Origin: Synergistaceae bacterium
GTDB taxonomy: Bacteria; Synergistota; Synergistia; Synergistales; Aminobacteriaceae
Assembly (NCBI GenBank): GCA_031272145.1
Contig: JAISUL010000005.1
Span: forward strand, 7,098-71,097
Direction: 5' to 3'
Length of the DNA: 64,000 nucleotides
Under the pieces are notes generated by a model. That model was not told where the DNA came from. It did no database searches and saw only the letters and a program-made list of their open reading frames with translations. The position numbers were made by a program, and so were the translations under genes. Shown piece after piece: positions 36,845 to 45,853 of this stretch; the stretch's first letter is position 1; each line of letters starts with the position of its first letter.

Positions 36845-38704
36845 CTAACTACCCTTTCTAAACATGGCGAGCAGCGCCACCGCGGCCAAGGCGAACATGC
36901 CGGCCACTTCGCAGCCGCCACCGCCGCTGCCAGACGGGACGACGGGAGGCACCGGCACTGTGCCGGTCGCGACGAATACCTGATCCAACGTGCTCTTCTC
37001 CCCTGTTGAGTTATTGGTCGCCGTCACCGTGTAGCTGATCTGAGCGCCTGGCTCCAACACAAAAGAAACGTAGCCATCATCGCTGCTGCTCCCCGTCAGC
37101 CATTTTGATAACGAACCGGCTACAACAGTCGGGTAGAGGGGGAATGTAAACGTCGAGCCTACTGCCGTGTACGTCAGGTTGACTTCTTGGTTAGGAGTCA
37201 CCGCAGACGCATTGACCGGGCTGCCGTCGTCGTACGCAAGCTCTGTTACGGCTATCGCCGACTCCGGCTCCGGCGCCGGCGCCGCCGCGTTCATCGCCGT
37301 CCCCACGTCCAGCAGACCGTGGACAGAGACCTTGTAGCTCGACACGTTCGCGGAAGGCTGAACATACACCTTCGTCCCGTCGTAGTACTCGTAGTAGCCA
37401 CGCGCCTCAGGGTTCACACCCGCGTTTGCGTTGTCCAGAACGCGCTCCTTCAGCTGGGACGCTGTCTCGTCCGGGTATTTTGCGGCGAGCAGCGCCACTG
37501 CCCCGGCCACATGCGGGGCGGCCATCGATGTGCCGTCATCGGAACCGTAGGGCTCGTTCGGGTTTTCCGCCTTTTTGGACAGCACGGTGCTCCATATGGC
37601 GACGCCGGGCGCGGCTATGTCCACGTACTTCTCGCTCCAGTTCGTGAACTCCGCCGCCGCGTCATCGGCGTCCGTCGCCCCGACCACGATCATGTTCTTC
37701 AAGAACCGCCCAAAGGACGCAGGGTAGCAGTAATCCCCCTTATCAATGTAAGTCTCATAGACATCGTCGGCAATGTTCACCGGCGACGGAGCGCCGACCT
37801 CCAGGCTCTCGTTGCCCGCCGCAACCACTATGACGGTTCGGTTCAGATCGTCGAGCGCCTTAAAAGCCAGGAAGAATGGATTGCTCATGAGCTCTTCGGG
37901 CGAGGCTCCCTGCCAGCTGCCAAGCGACAGGTTGAGCGTCGGAACGTGCAGCGATGGGTCTTTTCTAAGGCAGTCCGCCAGGTAGTTCAGCCCTGCTATG
38001 ATGAGGCCGTTAGGCGCACCCTCGTCTGTGAACACCTTGAGGAATATCACCTGCGTGTTCCAGTTGACCCCGACGACTCCCACGCCGTTGTCGCCCAAGG
38101 CGGCGACGGTTCCGGTGACGTGCGTGCCGTGTCCGTCGTTGTCCTGGACGTTCTTGTCTGGCTCGTCCTTCGTGTCGAAGTTTCGGCTGTAATCCATGTT
38201 GATGACGCCCGCGAGGTCAGGATGGCTGACGTCAACGCCGGTGTCCATCACGGCAGCGTAGATGCTCTTGCCGCCCCCCGTGGTGGTGTCCCAAGCCTTC
38301 TCCGCCCCGATCCGCTTCATGCCCCACATACTGCCGTTCTGGTAGTACGGATCGTTGGGCGCCCTAAGCGCCCTGTTGATGTAGTTCGGCGTGGCGCTCA
38401 GCACGTTGGGGTTCTCCTTGAGCGAGGCGATGAGCTCCTCCGTGGTCTTGGTGTCGGACTTCACGTGGACGATGACCTTGCCCTGAAGCTCCGAGATGGC
38501 CGAGTAGGTGCGAGCCACCCGGGCCCCAGCAGCCTCAGCGGCGCTGCGAACATACCCGTCGGACATGGCCTGCGCCCCGCTCGTGCCGCCGCGCATGACG
38601 ACCAGCGCCTCCCCCTCGACGTAGCGGGCAGCTTCGGCTTCAGAAAAGACGGGGAATAAGAATACCGCGGCGAACAGGGCCGCCAGGGTCCTAAAAGCCT
38701 TCAT
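36845..38704 (-). CDS. subtilisin-like (S8) serine peptidase with I9-like propeptide and Gly-Cys sorting tail
   Basis: 619 aa. Signal peptide. Triad contexts MDTGVD, HGTHVTGTVAA and GTSMAAPHVAGAVALL. Tail GGGGCEVAGMFALAAVALLAMFRKGS. Confidence 0.9.
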   Translation of the reverse strand: MKAFRTLAALFAAVFLFPVFSEAEAARYVEGEALVVMRGGTSGAQAMSDGYVRSAAEAAGARVARTYSAISELQGKVIVHVKSDTKTTEELIASLKENPNVLSATPNYINRALRAPNDPYYQNGSMWGMKRIGAEKAWDTTTGGGKSIYAAVMDTGVDVSHPDLAGVINMDYSRNFDTKDEPDKNVQDNDGHGTHVTGTVAALGDNGVGVVGVNWNTQVIFLKVFTDEGAPNGLIIAGLNYLADCLRKDPSLHVPTLNLSLGSWQGASPEELMSNPFFLAFKALDDLNRTVIVVAAGNESLEVGAPSPVNIADDVYETYIDKGDYCYPASFGRFLKNMIVVGATDADDAAAEFTNWSEKYVDIAAPGVAIWSTVLSKKAENPNEPYGSDDGTSMAAPHVAGAVALLAAKYPDETASQLKERVLDNANAGVNPEARGYYEYYDGTKVYVQPSANVSSYKVSVHGLLDVGTAMNAAAPAPEPESAIAVTELAYDDGSPVNASAVTPNQEVNLTYTAVGSTFTFPLYPTVVAGSLSKWLTGSSSDDGYVSFVLEPGAQISYTVTATNNSTGEKSTLDQVFVATGTVPVPPVVPSGSGGGGCEVAGMFALAAVALLAMFRKGS

Positions 38705-39338
38705 TTAATACTCCACCTTTCTCTATGGCTATCGCGCGCCGAATCATCGGCTCGCGCTCAGCGATTATCTCCAGCGCGTCCCCATCCACGTTGTTCAAGT
38801 ACATCCCCCACATGGCCAGAGCCTCCGTGTCGCCGTCAAGCTTCCATTCCAGCAGCCGCGCAAGCTCTAGCACGTGAATCGCCAGCGCGTCCGTGAGCAG
38901 CGCGTTACTTTCAGCCGAGCGGACGTGAAACACTTCGTGGTACTCCTTCGGATCGTTCTCCTCGAAGAGCAGGGAGTCGGCGAGCAGGATGCTTATCACC
39001 TTCGGCAGAGCGAGGTAGAAATTCTCGTCACACGCGTCGTCCACGATCGCCTGGGTCAAGTAGTACATCGCCCGCCACCTCGCGTTCTCCTTGCTGACGC
39101 ACTGGAGTTCGATATGCAGCTTCTCGTGCGCCGCGCTGCGCCAGGCCAGGATGTTCAGCACTAACGGCTTGGGCTCGGTGCACTTCGGCGGCGTGATGGC
39201 ATCCAGCAGCATCAGCTCCTCCGGCAGAATCTCGACCTCCAGGACGAGGCTCAGGAAGCGGGCCAGGATGTCCTTCGTGTCGACGCGGCCAAAAATGCGC
39301 CTGAAGACGTCGTCGCTCTTCCTATCCACGCAACACAT
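38691..39338 (-). CDS. Rpn/YhgA-type PD-(D/E)XK nuclease family protein, truncated at both ends
   Basis: 215 aa from ATG 39338. Paralog of 43443..44357 ([29 protein letters not shown]). Lacks the N-terminal ~10 aa and C-terminal ~80 aa. LDI is replaced by LNI. The 3' end overlaps the S8 start by 14 nt. Confidence 0.65.
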   Translation of the reverse strand: MCCVDRKSDDVFRRIFGRVDTKDILARFLSLVLEVEILPEELMLLDAITPPKCTEPKPLVLNILAWRSAAHEKLHIELQCVSKENARWRAMYYLTQAIVDDACDENFYLALPKVISILLADSLLFEENDPKEYHEVFHVRSAESNALLTDALAIHVLELARLLEWKLDGDTEALAMWGMYLNNVDGDALEIIAEREPMIRRAIAIEKGGVLNEGF

Positions 39339-39342
39339 GACA

Positions 39343-42300
39343 TTACAACCCTCCACATCTGCTGCGCCGAAGCGCCAGCAGCGCCACTGCGGCAAAGGGC
39401 AAGGAAAAGGCCAAAGAAAACACTCCGGCCACCTCGCAGCCGCCGGAGGAACTGCGCCTGCCCGTGTCCTTCATATCCGAGAACTCCAAAGGCCTGGAGT
39501 ACGCCTGAGTATACCCCTTGCCGTCCTTCAAAGTGTACGTGATGCTGTCCAAGCTGCCCTTGTTCAGCTCCGCGGCGCTCGGCACGCCGAAGGTTACCAT
39601 CAGGCCAGGGTCAGAGGCGGCGCCGCTGATCTGCTGATCACCTACCCCTACTAGCTCCCAGTCGGGCGGCGAGACGAACGAGGCGATGCCCGTCACGTCC
39701 ACGCTGACGTCCTTGAGTTTTGCTCCGTCCGCGCCGGGGAGCAGGGGGACGAAGACGCTGACCTTGACGCCGTTCGCGTCCTGCTCGTATTCGAGTTTGC
39801 AGTCGGAGGGGGTCTGGGCGAAGTAGGCCTTCATCGCCGCCTCGAGGTCGAGCAGGCCGTGGGCCGAGACCGTGTAGCCCGAGACGTTGCTGGAGTGCGG
39901 GATCGTCACCTTCTTCGACCTGTCGTAGAACTCGTAGTACCCGTTCACCTCGGGGTTCACGTTCGCGTTTGCGCTGTTCAGGATGCGGGATTTCAGCTGC
40001 GAAGCGGTGGTGCCGGGGTAGGCCGCGGCGAGCAGGGCGACGGAGCCGGCCACGTGAGGCGCGGCCATCGACGTGCCCTGGAACGGGACGTAGAACACGT
40101 TAGAGGATGGGTTCTCATACACCTCGGGCGGGATGGTGCTCCATATCTCCATGCCCGGCGCCGCTATGTCGACGCACTTCTCGCTCCAGTTGGTGAAGTA
40201 CGCCGCCTTGTCGTTGGACGCCAACGCCCCGACCACGATCGCGTTCTTCAGGAGCTGCCCGAGGGACGACGGGTATTGGTACCAGCCCTTTTCAACGTAC
40301 AGGCCGTACTGATGCGGGTCGTCGATGGTGACAGGTGCTGGCACCCCCACCTCCATGCAGTTGTTGCTGGCCGCGATAACCATGACCGTGCTGTCCAGGT
40401 CGTCGAGCGCCTTGAAGAACTCTAGCGACGCGTCGTCCAGCGTGTCCGAGAAGCCGCCTATGGACATGTTCACCGCCGGTATGCGCAGCGCCGGGTCGTT
40501 CAGCAGAAGCCAGACGATGTAGTCGAGGGAGGCGTAGAGGGCGCGCCAGTCGCCCCTGCCGGTTGTGCCGAGCATCCTGAGGGCGATCACCTTGGTGTTC
40601 CAGTTGACTCCGACCACGCCCAGCCCGTTGTTACCCACCGCGGCTATGGTGCCGGAGACGTGGGTTCCGTGCCCGTTGCTGTCCGCGTAGTGGTCGTCCG
40701 GGTCGACGAAGTACTCTCCCTCGCTGTCCACGCTGATGAGCAGGTCGCCGCTGTCGTAGACGAAGTTGAGGCTGAGCTCGGTGTCGACGACGCCCGCGAG
40801 GTCGGGGTGGTCAACGTAGATGCCGCTGTCGATCACCGCCACGCGGATCTCGGAGTCCCCCGTGGTGACGTCCCAAGCCCCGTCGGCGTTGATCCGCTTC
40901 ATGCCCCAAAGGCGGCCGTCCTTGTAGTAAGGGTCGTCAGGCGCCACCTCTGACGGCTGGACGTCGACTGCCTCGATGACGCGGATAGGCGACGCGGCCA
41001 GCACGTCCGGGTTCGTCTTGAGCGAGGCTATGAGCGCCTCCGTGGTCTTCGGGGACTTCATAAGGACGATGATCTTGTTACGAACCTGAGAGACCGAGGC
41101 GAACGTGTGGACGACCTTGGCTCCCGCCGCTGCCGCCGTGCTCCGGACGTACCCGGCGCTGTTCGGCAGGGAGGCAGCGCTGACCGCCTCAGCCGTCTTG
41201 TTGCGCAGGACGACCAGAGCCGTCCCGTCGACATATGTCTCAGCAAACGCAGCGGGGATGACAACGGAGAAGGAAAGCCCCAGGGCAAACAAAAGCGCCC
41301 ACATGCCGCGCTTCCCGCGGAGCGCCAGCGCCAGCAGCAGCGCCACAACCCCGCCCGCGCCGAGCGAGACGGCGTAGCAGCCCACGTCCGAGTCCGGCCT
41401 CGGAGTCGGAGTTGGGGTCGGCACCGTGAAGGTTTGCCATAGCTGCGTGGATGTCCCAGTGGCTGCCGCCGTTGAAAGGCTCGTGGCTCTCACGATGTAG
41501 CTGAACACATCCCCGGAGCTTAGCGAAAACGTGGCCGTTATCTTAGCATCGCCAGGTACCGTCTTAAAATCCGATGGCGTGCCGCTGACCGTCTCGATCT
41601 CAAGGGACGAGTCCGGCACTTCATACGTTCGGCTTATCTGCTCGCCTGGCGTGACGTACGTGAGGGCCTCCGGGGTGACGCCGCTGTCGCTGGTGATCAC
41701 CATTGGCGCCTGCGCCGTCATGGCCTGAGCTAGGTTGATGAGCCCGTTGGCCGAGAGCGTCGTGCCGCTGGCCACGGGGGGGTTCACGCTCGTGTCCGTG
41801 TTTTGCAGAACGCGGGCCTTCAGACGGGGGGCGTCCTCGCCGGGGTGTTCAGCGGCGAGGAGCGCGACGGCGCCGGTCACGTGCGGCGTGGCCATCGACG
41901 TGCCGTGCTTGTAGCCGTAGAGCTCGTGATCCGTGTTGTACTCGTCGGTGGGCAGCATGGTGCTCCATATCCAGACGCCGGGCGCGGCCACGTCGACGTA
42001 CTTATCGCTCCAGTTCGAGAACTCCGCCGCCGTGTTGTCGGACGCCGTTGCCCCGACCACGATCATGTTGTTCAGGAACCGCCCGAGCGACGCGGGATAG
42101 ACGTACCAGCCCTCGGTGATGCCCTCGTCGTTGTGTGCTGGTGCCGGGGCGCCGACCTCAAGTCCCTCGTTGCCGGCGGCCACGACTATGACGACTCGGT
42201 TCAGGTCGTCGAGGGCCTTGTAGACCTCGAAGTACGCGCCGTCCTTGGCGTACTCTTCAGGCGTGGTTGGCTCCCAGCCGCCGAAGGACATGTTGACCGC

Positions 42301-43113
42301 CGGAACGCGCATCGATGTGTTGCGCCTCAGCAGCGTGGTCAGGTAATCGATGGCGTACATCTCGGCGGCGGTCGAGGCCTCGCCGGTGTCGTCGTCGAAT
42401 ATCTTAAGGAATATCACCGGCGCGTTCCAGTTTACGCCCGCGACGCCTATGCGGTTATTTCCAACGGCCGCGACGGTGCCGGTGACGTGGGTGCCGTGTC
42501 CCAGGGCGTCAGAGACGTCCATATCTGGCTGCCCGCTCTGCGTGGCGAAGTTCCGGCTGTAAGTCTTGTCGACGACGTCCTGAAGATCTTCGTGCGCGAG
42601 GTAGACGCCAGTGTCCATGATGGCGGCGTAGACTTTCTCGCCGCTAGCCGTTGCACCGCCCGTGTTGATGTCCCAAGCCTCCTCTGCCCTGATCGCCTTC
42701 ATGCCCCATAGCTGGCTGTAGTCTGGGTCGTCGGGCTCCTTGAACGTCTTCCTGATGTAGTTCGGCATGGCGCTGAGGACGTCCGGGTCTTCGTACAGGG
42801 CGTCGATGAGCTCCTCCGTTGTCTGAGTGCTGGACTTCATATGGACTATGACCTTATTCCGCACCTCCGAGACGGCCGAGTATGTGCGCACCGCCTCTGC
42901 CCCGGCTGCCTCCGCGACGCGGCGGACGTACCCCGCGCCAGCGCCGCCGGAGAGCGACGACGCGCTGAGCGCCCCGCCCGTGCTGTTGCGCAGGACGACC
43001 AAGGCCTCGCCCTCGACGTACCGGGCAGCTTCAGCTTCAGAAAAAGCAGAGGCGAGAAATAAAAACACCGCGACCGTGGCGAGCAGTGCCGCGAGGGGTC
43101 TGAAAATCTTCAT
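39343..43113 (-). CDS. fusion of two complete pre-pro-S8 peptidases in one reading frame
   Basis: ATG 43113 follows an AAAGGTGA SD; 1256 aa. Module 1 (43113-41305) has a signal peptide, propeptide, triad (MDTGVY, HGTHVTG, GTSMATPHVTG) and tail DVGCYAVSLGAGGVVALLLALALRGKRG. It is followed directly by M (41304) WALLFALGLSFSVVIPAAFA. Module 2 has its own triad (IDSGIY, HGTHVSG, GTSMAAPHVAG) and tail SSGGCEVAGVFSLAFSLPFAAVALLALRRSR. Confidence 0.8.
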   Translation of the reverse strand: MKIFRPLAALLATVAVFLFLASAFSEAEAARYVEGEALVVLRNSTGGALSASSLSGGAGAGYVRRVAEAAGAEAVRTYSAVSEVRNKVIVHMKSSTQTTEELIDALYEDPDVLSAMPNYIRKTFKEPDDPDYSQLWGMKAIRAEEAWDINTGGATASGEKVYAAIMDTGVYLAHEDLQDVVDKTYSRNFATQSGQPDMDVSDALGHGTHVTGTVAAVGNNRIGVAGVNWNAPVIFLKIFDDDTGEASTAAEMYAIDYLTTLLRRNTSMRVPAVNMSFGGWEPTTPEEYAKDGAYFEVYKALDDLNRVVIVVAAGNEGLEVGAPAPAHNDEGITEGWYVYPASLGRFLNNMIVVGATASDNTAAEFSNWSDKYVDVAAPGVWIWSTMLPTDEYNTDHELYGYKHGTSMATPHVTGAVALLAAEHPGEDAPRLKARVLQNTDTSVNPPVASGTTLSANGLINLAQAMTAQAPMVITSDSGVTPEALTYVTPGEQISRTYEVPDSSLEIETVSGTPSDFKTVPGDAKITATFSLSSGDVFSYIVRATSLSTAAATGTSTQLWQTFTVPTPTPTPRPDSDVGCYAVSLGAGGVVALLLALALRGKRGMWALLFALGLSFSVVIPAAFAETYVDGTALVVLRNKTAEAVSAASLPNSAGYVRSTAAAAGAKVVHTFASVSQVRNKIIVLMKSPKTTEALIASLKTNPDVLAASPIRVIEAVDVQPSEVAPDDPYYKDGRLWGMKRINADGAWDVTTGDSEIRVAVIDSGIYVDHPDLAGVVDTELSLNFVYDSGDLLISVDSEGEYFVDPDDHYADSNGHGTHVSGTIAAVGNNGLGVVGVNWNTKVIALRMLGTTGRGDWRALYASLDYIVWLLLNDPALRIPAVNMSIGGFSDTLDDASLEFFKALDDLDSTVMVIAASNNCMEVGVPAPVTIDDPHQYGLYVEKGWYQYPSSLGQLLKNAIVVGALASNDKAAYFTNWSEKCVDIAAPGMEIWSTIPPEVYENPSSNVFYVPFQGTSMAAPHVAGSVALLAAAYPGTTASQLKSRILNSANANVNPEVNGYYEFYDRSKKVTIPHSSNVSGYTVSAHGLLDLEAAMKAYFAQTPSDCKLEYEQDANGVKVSVFVPLLPGADGAKLKDVSVDVTGIASFVSPPDWELVGVGDQQISGAASDPGLMVTFGVPSAAELNKGSLDSITYTLKDGKGYTQAYSRPLEFSDMKDTGRRSSSGGCEVAGVFSLAFSLPFAAVALLALRRSRCGGL

Positions 43114-43185
43114 TTTAATATCACCTTTCTTGGGGGTAGGCTTACCCCCTGAACGCGGCAAGTATATCACGCAAGGGGCGGCCCC

Positions 43186-43390
43186 GCGGCAAGCTCCTCG
43201 CGGGTCAGGTCTGTGAAGCGAAGCACGTCATCGAAGGAGAGGCCACCGTCGAGCATCCTGCGGGCCGTTTCGAGACGGCCCTCCGTGCGGCCCTCCGCTC
43301 CTCAGCGCTCTGCATGAACGCCTCCTCTACGGTCATCGCACGCCGAATCATAGGTTCGCGCCTAGCGATCATATCCATCACGCTCCCCTC
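43186..43390 (-). pseudogene. remnant of the 3' end of an Rpn/YhgA-type nuclease gene
   Basis: Aligns with 43456-43788 of the intact paralog but has an internal deletion of about 125 bp. Includes a 97-bp exact match. No start codon or N-terminal domain. Confidence 0.65.
43292..43388. repeat. 97-bp exact direct repeat, copy 1 (partner at 43692..43788)
   Basis: Compared base by base. The offset is exactly 400 bp. Confidence 0.95.
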
Positions 43391-43442
43391 CAAAATCAGT
43401 TTTCTCTGACGGACTGGCGCGCGCTGTTCAAGGAGCTTCGGT

Positions 43443-44357
43443 TTAGGTATGCCAGCCCTGCGCAAGCTCCTCGCGGGTCAGGCCTGTGAGGTTGAGCACA
43501 TAGTCGAGGGAAGCGCCACCGTCGAGCATCTTGCGTGCGATTTCGAGACGACCTTCGAGGCGGCCCTCGCGGCGACCCTTTCGCAGGCCGACCCGCTCGC
43601 CCTTTTTGCGCCCGGTCTTCTCGCCGCGCTGCTTCGCGACGCTTATCGCGTTGCTCCAGTCCAGCCGGGTGCGCTCGCGGATGTCGTACAGCCTCCGCTC
43701 CTCAGCGCTCTGCATGAACGCCTCCTCTACGGTCATCGCACGCCGAATCATAGGTTCGCGCCTAGCGATCATATCCATCACGCTCCCCCTTATGTTGTTC
43801 AGATACATCCCCCACAGCACCAGGGCATCCGTGCCGTCGTCGAGCTTGCGCTTCATCAGGCGCGGAAGCTCTATGACGTGAATCTCCAGCGCGTCCGTAA
43901 AGAGCACGCGCTCCTCGTCGTCAGAGATGTGGAACACCCCGTGGTACTTCGCCTGGTCGCGCCACTTAAAGAGCCGGAAGTCCAGAATCAGGATGCTTAT
44001 CATCCTCGGCAAAGCTGAATAATTTCCCCCGACGGGCAAGTCCTCCGTGAACGCTCGGCCCCAATAGTACATCGCCCGACGCTCCGTGTTGCCCTCGTTG
44101 ACGCACTGGAGCTCTATGTGCAGCTTCTCGTGCGCCGCGCTGTGCTCGGCCATGATGTCCAGAACAGATGACTTGCCCGTGATGTACTTCGACGGCAGCG
44201 CGGGGTTCAGCAGCCTCAGCTCCTCCGGTCTAATCTCGACGTCCAAGACCAAGCTTAGAAAGCGGGCAAGGATGTCCTTCGTGTCCTCCTGGCCAAAGAT
44301 GCGCTTAAAAGCGTAGTCATTTTTGCGGTTCACTCGGTATGACTCCATGGGACGCAT
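43443..44357 (-). CDS. Rpn/YhgA-type recombination-promoting nuclease / putative transposase family protein
   Basis: ATG 44357 follows a GGAGG SD; 304 aa. N-terminus [25 protein letters not shown]...HIELQ nuclease-like motifs and a basic helical C-terminal tail. The 145-aa 5' extension of the track ORF overlaps the VOC gene and is discarded. Confidence 0.8.
   Translation of the reverse strand: MRPMESYRVNRKNDYAFKRIFGQEDTKDILARFLSLVLDVEIRPEELRLLNPALPSKYITGKSSVLDIMAEHSAAHEKLHIELQCVNEGNTERRAMYYWGRAFTEDLPVGGNYSALPRMISILILDFRLFKWRDQAKYHGVFHISDDEERVLFTDALEIHVIELPRLMKRKLDDGTDALVLWGMYLNNIRGSVMDMIARREPMIRRAMTVEEAFMQSAEERRLYDIRERTRLDWSNAISVAKQRGEKTGRKKGERVGLRKGRREGRLEGRLEIARKMLDGGASLDYVLNLTGLTREELAQGWHT
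43692..43788. repeat. 97-bp exact direct repeat, copy 2 (inside the intact Rpn-type gene)
   Basis: Identical to 43292..43388. Confidence 0.95.
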
Positions 44358-44389
44358 CCCTCCTTTCTCACAAACTATACCACACACCC

Positions 44390-44782
44390 CTACTCGGCCA
44401 GCTCCACCAGGCCGACATCCCGCCCGTACAAGAACGCCACTCTGCGCCCTCCCATCGCGGCGGCAGGGCTCGGGCGCTCCACCACTACGAACCCGCGGCC
44501 CCTCAGCTCCTCGACGGCGCGCTCGATGTCCGGGGCGGAGCAGCACACGTGATACGGGGACGGGCCGTTCTTGCTCAGCCACTGCCCAACAGGGGAAGGC
44601 CGGCCTTCGAGCGGCGCGATGAGCTCGATCTCCCCGCCCTCCCTCCCATGCATAAAGAGAATCCTGACGCCGCGGCCCGTGTCCTCGACCGCCGCGCCGC
44701 TGCGCTCGAAGCCGAGGAGCGCGAACTGCGCTGCGGCGGCCTCCAAATCCCTCACGGCGTAACCTACGTGCTCGATGCCCAT
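44390..44782 (-). CDS. VOC family protein (glyoxalase / methylmalonyl-CoA epimerase-like)
   Basis: ATG 44782; 130 aa. [16 protein letters not shown]... with HVC near the C-terminal half. Confidence 0.72.
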   Translation of the reverse strand: MGIEHVGYAVRDLEAAAAQFALLGFERSGAAVEDTGRGVRILFMHGREGGEIELIAPLEGRPSPVGQWLSKNGPSPYHVCCSAPDIERAVEELRGRGFVVVERPSPAAAMGGRRVAFLYGRDVGLVELAE

Positions 44783-44897
44783 TTTCTTGCATCCCCTCCG
44801 AATTCTTTTCTTACGCAACCGCTTGACACATGGTGTATAGTCTAAGAGACGGGTTCGCGCCCTCAAACGCGAGCATACATGGAAACGGGGGATTTTC

Positions 44898-45821
44898 ATG
44901 CAGGAAGTGAAGAAGGTTATAACTGAAGTCGGGACGAACGAGTGGCAGGTTGTGGTCTTCTTCCTTGGAGATCAGTCCTTCGCCATCAACGTCGACAAGA
45001 CGCGCGAGATACTCCGCTGGCCGGGCTGCCGCGTCATCCCCGACTCGCCGGGCGCCATGATCGGGATCACGTCCGTGAGGGGCGAGGTGCTTCCTCTGGT
45101 CGACCTCAGGGTCTTCTTGAACGTCGGCTCGAAGATAGAGGCCGAGCAGAGCAAGGTCATCATAGCCGAGTTCAACGAGGTCAAGCTGGGCTTCGTCGTT
45201 GACGCCGTGGAGAGGATATACCGCATCAACTCCGAGGACCTGGACTCCACGCTCACCGGCAAGTACCTCGGAGAGTGGGTGCTCTACGTCATCAAGAGGG
45301 ACAAGAGGAACGTCCTTCTGCTGGACTACGAGGCCATAGTCCAGCACATAAGCCCGCGGCTCTCGATAGCCAACAACTGGAACCCCGAGGAACTCGAGGC
45401 CCTGACCTCGGAGATCGGCAACCCGGCGGACTTCCGCATCATCGTCGCCGAGGACTCGCCGCTGATCCGCGCTCAGATAAAGGACTCTCTCGCGTCGGGC
45501 GGCTTCACGAACCTCGTGATCTGCTCCGACGGCAAGGAGGCCTACGACCGCATAGCGCACGGTCTGGACGAGGGGAAGGGGTTCGACGTCCTCATCACCG
45601 ACGTTGAGATGCCCCGCCTCGACGGCCTGGCCCTGACCCGGCGGCTGAAGGAAAACGAGGCCACGCGCGACCTGCCCATCATAGTGTTCTCGTCCATAAT
45701 GGCCCAGGACATCAAGGTCAAGGCAGCCAGCGTCGGCGCCAAGTACCAGATAGCCAAGCCCGAGATCTCGCGGCTGGTCGAGTACGTCGTCAAGGTCATC
45801 AAGGAAGCAAAGGCCGCCTGA
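44898..45821 (+). CDS. cheV: chemotaxis protein CheV (CheW-like domain + receiver domain)
   Basis: 307 aa. N-terminal CheW-like domain (FAINVDKTREI) and a C-terminal REC domain (IIVAEDSPLIR, ITDVEMPRLDG, KP). Confidence 0.85.
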   Translation: MQEVKKVITEVGTNEWQVVVFFLGDQSFAINVDKTREILRWPGCRVIPDSPGAMIGITSVRGEVLPLVDLRVFLNVGSKIEAEQSKVIIAEFNEVKLGFVVDAVERIYRINSEDLDSTLTGKYLGEWVLYVIKRDKRNVLLLDYEAIVQHISPRLSIANNWNPEELEALTSEIGNPADFRIIVAEDSPLIRAQIKDSLASGGFTNLVICSDGKEAYDRIAHGLDEGKGFDVLITDVEMPRLDGLALTRRLKENEATRDLPIIVFSSIMAQDIKVKAASVGAKYQIAKPEISRLVEYVVKVIKEAKAA

Positions 45822-45853
45822 CGGGCCAAAAGATCCTTCCTATTATATATAGC

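Noticed and set aside
37187-38659. 490-aa plus-strand ORF, and similar ORFs at 39859..40425 and 41803..42711
   Set aside because: They are antisense to the S8 peptidase genes, whose catalytic motifs are clear.
44358-44792. 145-aa N-terminal extension of the Rpn-type ORF (track ORF 43443..44792)
   Set aside because: The extension is Arg-rich and overlaps the well-supported VOC gene in another frame. An internal ATG at 44357 has a GGAGG SD, and the family N-terminus ([10 protein letters not shown]) begins there.
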